Below, piece by piece: positions 40,129 through 48,446 of a stretch of DNA of 64,000 nucleotides. The notes under the pieces are model-generated. The model was not told the DNA's origin and ran no database searches. It saw only the letters and a program-made list of their open reading frames with translations. The translations under genes were made by a program, and so were the position numbers. The DNA is from Dehalococcoidia bacterium (lineage in GTDB: Bacteria; Chloroflexota; Dehalococcoidia; Plut-88900): contig CBDFLQ010000007.1 of the NCBI GenBank assembly GCA_965249275.1, positions 1 through 64,000 of the forward strand. Reading direction: 5' to 3'. Numbering within the stretch: position 1 is the first letter of the stretch; every line of letters begins with the position of its first letter.

Positions 40129-40158
40129 TTGACCAAACTTGTACACATGTACTATATT
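40129..40158 (+). promoter_or_regulatory. sigma70-like promoter with overlapping LexA-like box
   Basis: TTGACC (40129)-18 nt-TATATT (40153); GTAC-acat-GTAC at 40141-40152. Confidence 0.5.
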
Positions 40159-40164
40159 CACCCT

Positions 40165-40800
40165 TGAATGGCCAATCACTCACCCTAACCCCAAAGGAGG
40201 AACCACAACCCAGGGGGAAGCCCACCCGACCCCACCCGAGGACTCAACGCCTAAGCCCATCCCAACGGCCCTCGCGCAGACCCGCGGCACAAGCAAACGA
40301 CGCCATCTCCTCTTACCGGGCCCCGTGCCCCCTTCCCTGACCACTAGGCGATGGAAGACGCCCTGGACCGTACTTGAAAGTCTCCTTACGGAGCAACCTT
40401 GTCCTATGGAGCGGAACGGGGCAGCCCGTAGCCGAGGCCCGCTCGGCTCTCCGTCCGCTTCCTCAAATAAACTGGGCTGCCGCCGTCTCCCGGCTCCGGG
40501 ACATCGTCGGCTAACTGGATACCCCGTACTCCTGCGAGGGGAACTGACCCTGGACTTTCCCCTTCCTGCACCCGCCTACGGCGGACAGCGCAGCCAACCC
40601 TGCATCGGAGCCTATGACGGATGACGGACCCGTACGTCCGACCATACTTCCAGGTCTAGGCGGCGGCGGAGCCCCGTCCCCACGTTCCCGGGACGCCTCC
40701 TAGCCCGCATTATCTAAATGTAGGGAGCCTAATCCAGCAAGCGTCTTCCATCGTCAACCCTCCAACAAACCAAACCCCAACACCCAACCGAATAACCCAC
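40165..40800 (+). ncRNA. Candidate large structured ncRNA / repeated non-coding element, copy 2
   Basis: CGATGGAAGACGC (40349-40361) pairs with GCGTCTTCCATCG (40741-40753); 40607-40700 is identical to 447-540; begins just downstream of the promoter. Confidence 0.6.
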
Positions 40801-40808
40801 CCCCATCC

Positions 40809-40836
40809 GTCATTTCCGACCCCGATCGGGAATCCA
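40809..40836. repeat. dRS3/RPE-like REP palindrome
   Basis: GTCATTTCCGACCCCGATCGGGAATCCA. Confidence 0.55.
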
Positions 40837-40931
40837 TTCCCAAGCGGCAAGACCGGTCTCCCTCCCCCTAACCCCCGTCCTTCCCGGGAAGTCGTGACTC
40901 CCTGTGTGGGAAGACGCTTGGGACCTGGAGG

Positions 40932-41189
40932 CTACACCCCCTCTGGGCGGCGGGCCAGGGCCGACTCTATGGCGGTGACCAGGGCCATCGCCGACTCCGG
41001 CGTGAGTTCCACGGCGACCCTCGCGCTGAGACCCCTGTCCTCGTTCACAAAGCTGATGTTCAGTGAATGGTCCAAGGGGGCGTGGTAGGGGTGGTCATAG
41101 GTGACGTTGGCCTGCTTTAGCGGGAACCACCCCTGGTGCCCCTTCCCACTCCCCGAGACTTCAACCTTTTCGACAATCATGGTGCACAT
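40932..41189 (-). CDS. Small conserved protein, DUF6295-like
   Basis: MCTMIVEK..SGSGKG..GW..YDHPYHAPLDHSLNI.F..ARVAVEL; ATG 41189 after GGAG. Confidence 0.7.
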   Translation of the reverse strand: MCTMIVEKVEVSGSGKGHQGWFPLKQANVTYDHPYHAPLDHSLNISFVNEDRGLSARVAVELTPESAMALVTAIESALARRPEGV

Positions 41190-41235
41190 GTTTTTCTCCA
41201 GCGTGATTGGACTCAACTCCCAGTAGCCTAAAACG

Positions 41236-41991
41236 CTAGCTGAGGTGCCTCTCGAAGAAGTCCCAGATCCTGGCCCAGCCGTCGACAGCATGCTCTACGC
41301 GGTAGGCGGGGCGATGGTAGTAAAAGAAGCCGTGTCCCGCGTTGGGATACCTGTGGAACTCGTAGTCCTTCCCGTGCTTTTTCAGCTCGGCTTCGTGAAT
41401 ATCGACCTGCTCGGGCGTGGGAGATTGGTCATCCAAGCCGAAGAGCCCGAGGATGGGGCACGAGACGTTAGCAGTGTAGTCGATGGGAGCCACGGGGTTC
41501 TTGTCGTTTAGCTGGTCCTTGGACATGACGACTCCCCCGCCCCAGCAGTCCACCCCGGCATCGAATCCCGACTCCCGGCCTACAGTTAACATGACGTGCC
41601 GGCCGCCGGAGCATGTGCCGAACACGCCGACCTTGCGGTTGTGGAACGGCAGGGCCCGGACATATCTCATAGCCCCTACGATGTCACCGACTGCCTGGTC
41701 ATCGGGGACACCACCGTCGGCCCAGACCCTGGCGCCAACGTCTTCCGGGTCTCCGTGACCTTCGCGGTGATAGAGATTGGGCGAGATGGCCGCGAAACCG
41801 TGGTGCGCGAACCGGCGGGCGGCCTCCCTGTACCACTCGTCCCAGCCGGGCAGGTGATGGATTAGGACGACGCCCGGGAATGGTCCGCTGCCCAAGGGAC
41901 GGGCGAAATAGGCGTTAATAGCGTCTCCGTTGTGTCCATGCATGGTTATGGTCTCGGCCAGCATGCCTTCGTACATATTCGTCTGGTACAT
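41236..41991 (-). CDS. Dienelactone hydrolase family protein
   Basis: GTCSGG nucleophile motif, D.SP, YPNAGHGF. Confidence 0.9.
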   Translation of the reverse strand: MYQTNMYEGMLAETITMHGHNGDAINAYFARPLGSGPFPGVVLIHHLPGWDEWYREAARRFAHHGFAAISPNLYHREGHGDPEDVGARVWADGGVPDDQAVGDIVGAMRYVRALPFHNRKVGVFGTCSGGRHVMLTVGRESGFDAGVDCWGGGVVMSKDQLNDKNPVAPIDYTANVSCPILGLFGLDDQSPTPEQVDIHEAELKKHGKDYEFHRYPNAGHGFFYYHRPAYRVEHAVDGWARIWDFFERHLS

Positions 41992-42043
41992 AGATCGCCT
42001 CCTTGAGTTCTGGGAGCTTTACTTGGTCTGTGGCCGGGGTACG

Positions 42044-43033
42044 TTATGCCTTCTCGACGGCTGGAATGATCTCCTTGGCGAAAATCTCGGACTGGTCCAG
42101 CATGTCCTGGAAATCGTCGGTAGCGGTGTGCATCACGATGAAGTGGGCGACTCCCATCTTCTTTAGCCCTACCAGCCTCTCGATGATCTCGTCGGGGGTG
42201 CCGATCCAGTGACCGCTCACCAGGTCCTCGGTGGGGATGTTCCTACGGAAGTAGCCGAGCGTGCTGTCCTGGTAGCGCTTGACCGCCAGATCATGGTCCT
42301 TTTCGACGCGGAGGTCGGCCCATACGCAGAAGTCGATGTCGGAAATGGTCCTTCCATTCTCTTCGAGCATGGGGGTAAGAGATTTGAGGACTGTCGGGGT
42401 CTCGGGGTCACGGACCATGGGCCCGAGACCGTACTTGGCGGTCCTCCTGAGAGAAGCTTCGCCGTGGGCTGCCAGGTACATGGGCAGGGGCCGCTGCACG
42501 GGTTTGGGGCTAAGCTCCATGCTCCCGAACTCCACGTATTTGCCGGAATAGGAGGCCGGGCCATCGCCGTTGAGGAGCAGTTCCAGTGCGTCTAGCTTCT
42601 CGTCGAGCATGTTTCCCCGATGAGCGCCTCGGCTCCGCGGCCTTACGGTGACGAACTCCTCCCGTGATCCGCCGAGGCCCAAACCCAACAGGAACCGCCC
42701 ATTGCTGAACTGGTCCAGTGTCGCTGACTGCTTGGCCAGGATGACGGGGTCCCGTAGAGGGATGATCACCACACCGGCGCCCAGTTTTATAGTCTTCGTG
42801 ACGCCGGAAAGGCTGGCGAGACTGATCATAAGCTCGTACCAGTTGGGCTCAGCGTCGTCGGAGGGGCGGCCTCTGAGGTCGGAGACCGGGGCGGTGAAGT
42901 CGAAACCCCAAAGGGCGTAGCAGCCGAGCCGCTCGGCGTCCTGGGCGAAGCGCACTAGCTCCGCAGGCCCGGCAAAGTTGGCCGGCACCAGGAAACCCTC
43001 CATGCAATTAGGCAGGGCGATGTCGAACTTCAT
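42044..43033 (-). CDS. LLM-class (probably F420-dependent) oxidoreductase
   Basis: RDPVILAKQSATLDQFSNGRF.LGLG, PKPVQRP. Confidence 0.85.
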   Translation of the reverse strand: MKFDIALPNCMEGFLVPANFAGPAELVRFAQDAERLGCYALWGFDFTAPVSDLRGRPSDDAEPNWYELMISLASLSGVTKTIKLGAGVVIIPLRDPVILAKQSATLDQFSNGRFLLGLGLGGSREEFVTVRPRSRGAHRGNMLDEKLDALELLLNGDGPASYSGKYVEFGSMELSPKPVQRPLPMYLAAHGEASLRRTAKYGLGPMVRDPETPTVLKSLTPMLEENGRTISDIDFCVWADLRVEKDHDLAVKRYQDSTLGYFRRNIPTEDLVSGHWIGTPDEIIERLVGLKKMGVAHFIVMHTATDDFQDMLDQSEIFAKEIIPAVEKA

Positions 43034-43072
43034 TGTTGTCCTCCGTGTGAGGGGTGGGGGCGGGATGGGGTT

Positions 43073-43101
43073 ATTCTAATGGGAGGGGGGTGGGTGAGCA
43101 A
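43073..43101 (-). promoter_or_regulatory. sigma70-like promoter
   Basis: Minus strand TTGCTC-17 nt C-rich-TAGAAT upstream of ATG 43033. Confidence 0.5.
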
Positions 43102-43122
43102 TGGAGTCGATTATGGGTGCGG

Positions 43123-43152
43123 GAGTTCCGTGTCGGGGCACGGGGATGATGG
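43123..43152. repeat. REP-like hairpin
   Basis: Minus strand CCATCATCCCCGTG-ccccga-CACGGAACTC, a GTCATCCC-type palindrome. Confidence 0.35.
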
Positions 43153-43184
43153 AGGAAGGAAACTGTGGAGCGTTAATCGGCAGG

Positions 43185-43526
43185 CTATTCTTCTTGCAAC
43201 AAGGCATCGACTTCTTTGGATAGTGTTGGGAGATTGGCCTCTACAACGCCCCAGACCAAACGATTGTCGACGTCCGCGTATCCATGAATCAAGACGTTGC
43301 GGAAGGCTATGATGCGCCTGTACTGGGTAATCCTGCCGACCAACTCTTCGTCCACTCCGGCAAGGCGGGTCATGGCCTCGCCTATGATCTCGAACTCCCT
43401 CTCCACCGCGGCGCACAACATTGGGTCACTTTCGTAGTCCGCAAAAGTCTTGTCTCTCGTGAACTCTTTGAGTAAGGCGACGGCACGCTTAATGTCGTGC
43501 AGGTATTTCTTCGCCTGGAGCGCCAT
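43185..43526 (-). CDS. HepT-like HEPN ribonuclease toxin (DUF86)
   Basis: AVEREFEIIGEA and RNVLIHGY (RX4HXY) motifs. Confidence 0.9.
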   Translation of the reverse strand: MALQAKKYLHDIKRAVALLKEFTRDKTFADYESDPMLCAAVEREFEIIGEAMTRLAGVDEELVGRITQYRRIIAFRNVLIHGYADVDNRLVWGVVEANLPTLSKEVDALLQEE

Positions 43527-43824
43527 ATACGGACATCCTTGTCTTCTGTACCGCTTCGAGGAAGTACGGATTCCTGATAGCTGATCCGATCACCAAGTCC
43601 ACCGGCTTTCCGAATAGGCTCTCCAAGGATTCCCAGAGACCGAAATAGGCGTCCGCATAGGCCCCAAAGCCCGTGGGGCGGAATTCGACCACAAAATCCA
43701 AGTCGCTGTCCTCTGAATAGCCCTCACCGGTTGCAGCGGAGCCGAACAGACTGAGATATAGCACGTTATGCTGGCGACAAAGCCGTTCTATGTCCGCGTA
43801 ACTTTCTGCCACTGCTTCGATCAT
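43489..43824 (-). CDS. Minimal nucleotidyltransferase (MntA-type antitoxin)
   Basis: LFGSAA....SDLDF, VDLV, NPYF; overlaps the HEPN gene. Confidence 0.88.
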   Translation of the reverse strand: MIEAVAESYADIERLCRQHNVLYLSLFGSAATGEGYSEDSDLDFVVEFRPTGFGAYADAYFGLWESLESLFGKPVDLVIGSAIRNPYFLEAVQKTRMSVYGAPGEEIPARH

Positions 43825-44040
43825 TGAGGGCTCCCGGTCTCCGGCCCCAGCCTTTGTGCTCGTCGTCAAAATGTGCTTTGGCCTCTATGTGCGGTTCCGA
43901 TATCCTGCCGCCCTCCCCCTAGAAGCCATTCTAACATGCACCCAGAGTCGTCCTGTGCCAACGCAGAATGGTGGCGATTGATGTAGTAACGGGATAAGAT
44001 TGGGGGCCGAGTCCAACACTGACAGTAGAAAGGGACCGAT

Positions 44041-44958
44041 TTGAAATTAGGCATGGCGGGCCTCGGGCGGATGGGCGCAAACATGGCACTGCGTCTGATG
44101 AGGGGCGGCCACGAAGTCGTGGCCTATGACCCGCAGCCCGATGCGGTACGCTCCATCGAGAGTGAAGGTGCTCTGGGTGCACACTCCCTTGAGGAGATGG
44201 TTGAAAGGCTGACCTCTCCCAAAGCAGTATGGGTGATGGCCCCCGCAGGAGACCCTACCGAGACCACGATTCTCGCCCTTAGTAATCTCCTATCTACCGG
44301 CAACGTGGTAGTGGATGGAGGCAATGCGTTCTACAAGGACAGCATGCGCCGAGCCGCGATGCTTAAGGAGAAGGGCATAGGGTTTCTGGACGCCGGTACC
44401 AGTGGAGGCATTTGGGGTCTGGAGGAGGGCTATTGCCTGATGGTCGGTGGGGATGAGTGGGCCTATGAATTCATGCTGCCCGCGCTTGAGACCCTGGCCC
44501 CGAGCGGAGGAGTGGGTCTCGGAAGAGTAGGAGCGGCGGGCGCAGGTCACTTCGTGAAGATGGTCCACAACGCGGTCGAATACGGACTAATGCAGGCCTA
44601 CGCCGAAGGCTTCGAATTGATGTCGGCAAGCGATAAATTTGACATAGACCTAGAGCAGGTGGCCGAGATTTGGCGTCACGGCAGTGTCGTTCGCTCATGG
44701 CTGCTGGACCTGACGGCCAGAGCTTTGAGGGATGACCCCGGACTAGAGGGCATACGGGCGTACGTGGAAGACACGGGAGAGGGGAGATGGGCGGTTCAGG
44801 AGTCAGTTGATCTGTCGGTGCCTGTGCCGGTCATCGCGGCATCGTTGCAGGCCCGGTTCCGGTCTCGGCAGGAAGAACCCCTGGGCGCGAGACTGCTGGC
44901 AGCGCTTCGAAAGGAGTTCGGGGGACACAAGGTTATGAAATCGGACGACGGAAGATAA
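44041..44958 (+). CDS. gnd: Decarboxylating 6-phosphogluconate dehydrogenase (short form)
   Basis: GLGRMG, DGGN, GTSGG, GHFVKMVHNAVEYG, SWLL, FGGH. Confidence 0.92.
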   Translation: MKLGMAGLGRMGANMALRLMRGGHEVVAYDPQPDAVRSIESEGALGAHSLEEMVERLTSPKAVWVMAPAGDPTETTILALSNLLSTGNVVVDGGNAFYKDSMRRAAMLKEKGIGFLDAGTSGGIWGLEEGYCLMVGGDEWAYEFMLPALETLAPSGGVGLGRVGAAGAGHFVKMVHNAVEYGLMQAYAEGFELMSASDKFDIDLEQVAEIWRHGSVVRSWLLDLTARALRDDPGLEGIRAYVEDTGEGRWAVQESVDLSVPVPVIAASLQARFRSRQEEPLGARLLAALRKEFGGHKVMKSDDGR

Positions 44959-44962
44959 AACC

Positions 44963-46381
44963 ATGAAAGAGTTGTATAAGCAGACGGCCTGGCAGATGGT
45001 AGAGCTTCTGCGGTCGCGGCAGGTCAGTCCCCTGGAGGCGATTGACGCTTCCGTGGCCCGTATCGAGGAAACGGACGGCCATCTGAACGCCCTCCCGACC
45101 CTCTGCGTGGAGCGGGCGAGGGAACATGCGAAGAGGCTGATGGCGGCGCCGCCTCGGGAGCCGGGGCGTGGGTACCTCTACGGTTTGCCCATAGCCGTGA
45201 AGGACCTGGTAGACGTGGCCGGGGTGCGATCCACCAAGGGTTCGCCCATCTACGCTAACCGGGTTCCGAGGGAGTCTTCTTACTCGGTGGAAATTCTGGA
45301 GGCCAACGGGGCGGTGGTGATAGGCAAATCCAATACACCGGAATTTGGGGCGGGTGCCAACACGTTCAACGAGGTGTTTGGGAAGACCCGGAACCCGTGG
45401 GACACCCGCACCACTTGCGGGGGCTCTTCGGGTGGGTCGGCGACTGCTTTGGCCTCGGGACAGGTCTGGCTGGCCACGGGGAGCGACCTTGGCGGCAGCC
45501 TGAGGATTCCTGCGAGCTTCTGCTCGGTGGTGGGCCTGCGCCCGAGCCCCGGCCGCGTGCCGGAGGGACCCAAGGCTCTGCCCTTCGAGACGTTGTCGGT
45601 GGATGGGCCCATGGGAAGGACAGTCGGGGATACGGCTCTTATGCTCGACGCGGAGGCAGGGCATCACCCCGGTGACCCATTGAGCTATCCCGCCCCCGAG
45701 ACCCCCTACGTGGAAGCCGTGGACAACCCCAAGCCGCCTACCCGGATCGCCTACACTCCCGACCTGGGCATCGCTCCCGTGGCGTCAGAGGTAAAGGAGA
45801 TCTGCGCCGAGGCAGTAAAGCTCTTCGATGGGATCGCCGAGGTGGAAGAGGACACCATCGACCTGCATGACGCCCGGGAGACCTTTCAGACCCTGCGCGC
45901 GTCCCAGTTCGCCGCGAATATGAAACCGCTGCTCGGAACGCATAGAGACCAGCTGAAGCCGGAAGTCATCTGGAACATCGAAAAGGGGTTGGCTTTAAGT
46001 CGGCGGGATGTAGAGAAGGCACAGGCGGCTCGCGGTGCGTTGTTTCACCGAGTCACAGCCTTCTTCCAGAAGTACGACTTGCTGGTCTGTCCAACAGTCT
46101 CGGTCCCTCCATTCGACGTGGATATCCGCTACCTCACTGAAATCGAGGGTGTGGAGCTGGAGAACTACGTCGATTGGCTGCTGCTGACCTTCGCCTTGAC
46201 CCTGACGGCTTGCCCGGCGATATCCGTGCCGTGCGGCTTTACGGAGTCGGGGTTGCCGGTCGGGCTGCAGATCGTAGGTCCGCCGAGGGGCGAAGCCCCG
46301 ATGCTCTCGGCGGCGGCCCTGTTTGAGCAGGCGGCGGGTTTGGCGTCGAAGGTGCCGATTGATCCGGTCGTAAGGCACTAG
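44963..46381 (+). CDS. Amidase signature family protein
   Basis: GLPIAVKD, GGSSGGS, GSDLGGSLRIPA. Confidence 0.92.
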   Translation: MKELYKQTAWQMVELLRSRQVSPLEAIDASVARIEETDGHLNALPTLCVERAREHAKRLMAAPPREPGRGYLYGLPIAVKDLVDVAGVRSTKGSPIYANRVPRESSYSVEILEANGAVVIGKSNTPEFGAGANTFNEVFGKTRNPWDTRTTCGGSSGGSATALASGQVWLATGSDLGGSLRIPASFCSVVGLRPSPGRVPEGPKALPFETLSVDGPMGRTVGDTALMLDAEAGHHPGDPLSYPAPETPYVEAVDNPKPPTRIAYTPDLGIAPVASEVKEICAEAVKLFDGIAEVEEDTIDLHDARETFQTLRASQFAANMKPLLGTHRDQLKPEVIWNIEKGLALSRRDVEKAQAARGALFHRVTAFFQKYDLLVCPTVSVPPFDVDIRYLTEIEGVELENYVDWLLLTFALTLTACPAISVPCGFTESGLPVGLQIVGPPRGEAPMLSAAALFEQAAGLASKVPIDPVVRH

Positions 46382-46488
46382 ACGGCTGGGCGAGTGGAAG
46401 ACCTGCTCAAAGAGGTGGAGGAATTTCCTGCCTATGATGGCCTCGACTTGGATTGCGATCCCGGTCTTGCATAGACCCTTGGCCACTG

Positions 46489-47640
46489 CTAGGCAATAAC
46501 CGCCAATTCCTCACTGCCGGGAGTGAGCTGTTCCAACCCCTCGTCGGTGAGCAGATAGCTGGCCCCGACCAACGCGCCGATACCCTCATCTGGAATCTGG
46601 ATGGACGTGTGGAGATAGAAGGACATTCCGGCCCGGAAGACCTCCTTGGACTCCTTTATGATGCTCATGGTGTCAACCCAGCTGGGTGGGTACGCGGCGG
46701 AGATACCAATTCCGAAGCGCATGTTGGAGAACTGGGAGAACCCCCTGCGCTCCATCGGCCCAATGGAAGCCTCCTCCGCAGCTGCAACCCTCTCGCCGAC
46801 GGCGATGGCCCGGGCCCCGGTCAGCAGCGAGTCTCGACCTGCCTCGTGCATGGAGCGGACCCGAGGACTCGGCTCTCCGAGGGAAAAGGTCTTCATGGTG
46901 ACGCACTGGTAGCGCCGGGCGATACCGGCAAACTCGATGCACACGACATCGCCATTTTCCATGATGCGGTTTGTGGCCTGGCTGTGGGCGTTGGGGGAAC
47001 GAGGCCCGCTTCTCACCCACGTGGGCATTGCGGCGTAGTCGCAGCCACGGGACCGCATGGCGTACTCGATCTCGGCGGCCAGCTGTATCTCGGAGATTCC
47101 GGGCCGGATCGCGGCCACGGCCGCTTCCATACCGACGTTGGCATATGATGCGGCTTCTCGAATATACGCAATCTCATTGGGAGACTTGACGAGCCTCAGG
47201 CTGTTGATGGCCTCGGTAGCATCAACTATCTGGGAGGGCGCAAGGGCGTCTCTGAGGCGCTGGACATAGCCCGCGGATGCTGAGAATGAGCCTAGGTCCG
47301 CGGCAATCTTCTTGCCTACCAATCCCTTCTCCCTGACCGCCTCCCCGACCAGGTCTGCCGGATTATCCTTGCCGTAGTGGAAGGTGCGGAAGTCGGTGAT
47401 CCAGGCCGTCTCTCGGGACACGGGCTCGTCCACCTCACGAATGACTAGGCTTGGATCATCGTTTCCTGTGGTGAAGATCAAGGCTTGGTCGCTGAAGAAC
47501 GTGTAGGCCTCGTGGCCGGCGAAATAGTAGAGGAGCTCGGGTGCGATGCAAATGCACCCGTCCAGGCCCTGGTCTTGGAGGAGGTGTCGGGCTCGGGCGA
47601 GGCGGTCTCGGTATTCGGTTTTCGGGAAGGCGGGTGGCAT
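46489..47640 (-). CDS. M24/creatinase-fold hydrolase (paralog of 14968..16137)
   Basis: FPKTEYRDR, RLVKSPNE, GIGISAAYPPSW. Confidence 0.78.
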   Translation of the reverse strand: MPPAFPKTEYRDRLARARHLLQDQGLDGCICIAPELLYYFAGHEAYTFFSDQALIFTTGNDDPSLVIREVDEPVSRETAWITDFRTFHYGKDNPADLVGEAVREKGLVGKKIAADLGSFSASAGYVQRLRDALAPSQIVDATEAINSLRLVKSPNEIAYIREAASYANVGMEAAVAAIRPGISEIQLAAEIEYAMRSRGCDYAAMPTWVRSGPRSPNAHSQATNRIMENGDVVCIEFAGIARRYQCVTMKTFSLGEPSPRVRSMHEAGRDSLLTGARAIAVGERVAAAEEASIGPMERRGFSQFSNMRFGIGISAAYPPSWVDTMSIIKESKEVFRAGMSFYLHTSIQIPDEGIGALVGASYLLTDEGLEQLTPGSEELAVIA

Positions 47641-47708
47641 GATTCGTCTCCATTAAAGGGGATTGGGGTTGAGGCATGGTACTGAATCGGCAATGAAGAT
47701 TCAATGAA

Positions 47709-47744
47709 GCATCTTGACATCAACTTGTCGTGACACTAAGATGC
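47709..47744 (+). promoter_or_regulatory. TA promoter/operator, probably giving a leaderless mRNA
   Basis: TTGACA (47714)-17-TAAGAT (47737) ending 6 nt before the ATG; GCATCTT/AAGATGC inverted repeat overlaps both boxes. Confidence 0.6.
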
Positions 47745-47748
47745 CTGC

Positions 47749-48006
47749 ATGAGAACTACCTTGACATTGGACAATGATCTGGCCGAGGCGCTCAAAGAGC
47801 GCGCCCGTCTCCTCGACATACCCTTCAAACAAGTCGTGAACGACGTACTGCGTCGAGGGCTTTCACCCGCAATCCGCGAAGAAAAGACGGTCTATCGGGT
47901 TAAACCACTCTCAGGCGAATTTCGTCCGGGAGTAGACCTTCTCAAGCTCAACCAGTTGAACGACGAACTGGAGGCCCAGGAATTCAAGCTCCATGACGTT
48001 GAATGA
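47749..48006 (+). CDS. vapB: VapB family antitoxin (RHH/CopG-like)
   Basis: MRTTLTLDNDL..LKE...FKQVVN..LRRGL. Confidence 0.85.
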   Translation: MRTTLTLDNDLAEALKERARLLDIPFKQVVNDVLRRGLSPAIREEKTVYRVKPLSGEFRPGVDLLKLNQLNDELEAQEFKLHDVE

Positions 48007-48428
48007 TCATCCCTGACTTGAACCTGCTGGTCTATGCCTACAACAACAGTGCACCCTTGCATAACCCGGCTCGCGAGTGGTGGGAAGGCTTGGTTAATGG
48101 GAGTGAGCGGGTCGGTATTCCGTGGGTTGTCGTGGCGGGTTTTGTGCGGCTTCTGACGCACGGGAATATACGTGAGGCCCCTGCGACGACTACCCAGGCA
48201 ATCGACTACATTCGTGAGTGGTTCCGGTTCCCGCACGTCGTGCCGATCAATCCTGGGGTCGGTCATCTAGACCACTTTCAGAGTAACCTGAAGGCTGCCG
48301 GAGTGGGCGGAAACCTTGTTACCGACGCCCATATCGCTGCTCTCGCTATGGAATACCAGGCTGAAGTACATTCCAACGACACTGATTTCAGCCGCTTCCC
48401 CGGCCTCCGTTGGCGTAATCCCCTTTAG
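48003..48428 (+). CDS. vapC: VapC family PIN toxin (mycobacterial-like)
   Basis: MIIPDLNLLVYA, NLVTDAHIAALA.E, SNDTDFSRFPGL.W.NP. Confidence 0.9.
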   Translation: MIIPDLNLLVYAYNNSAPLHNPAREWWEGLVNGSERVGIPWVVVAGFVRLLTHGNIREAPATTTQAIDYIREWFRFPHVVPINPGVGHLDHFQSNLKAAGVGGNLVTDAHIAALAMEYQAEVHSNDTDFSRFPGLRWRNPL

Positions 48429-48446
48429 TCCCAATAGGAGAAGGCA

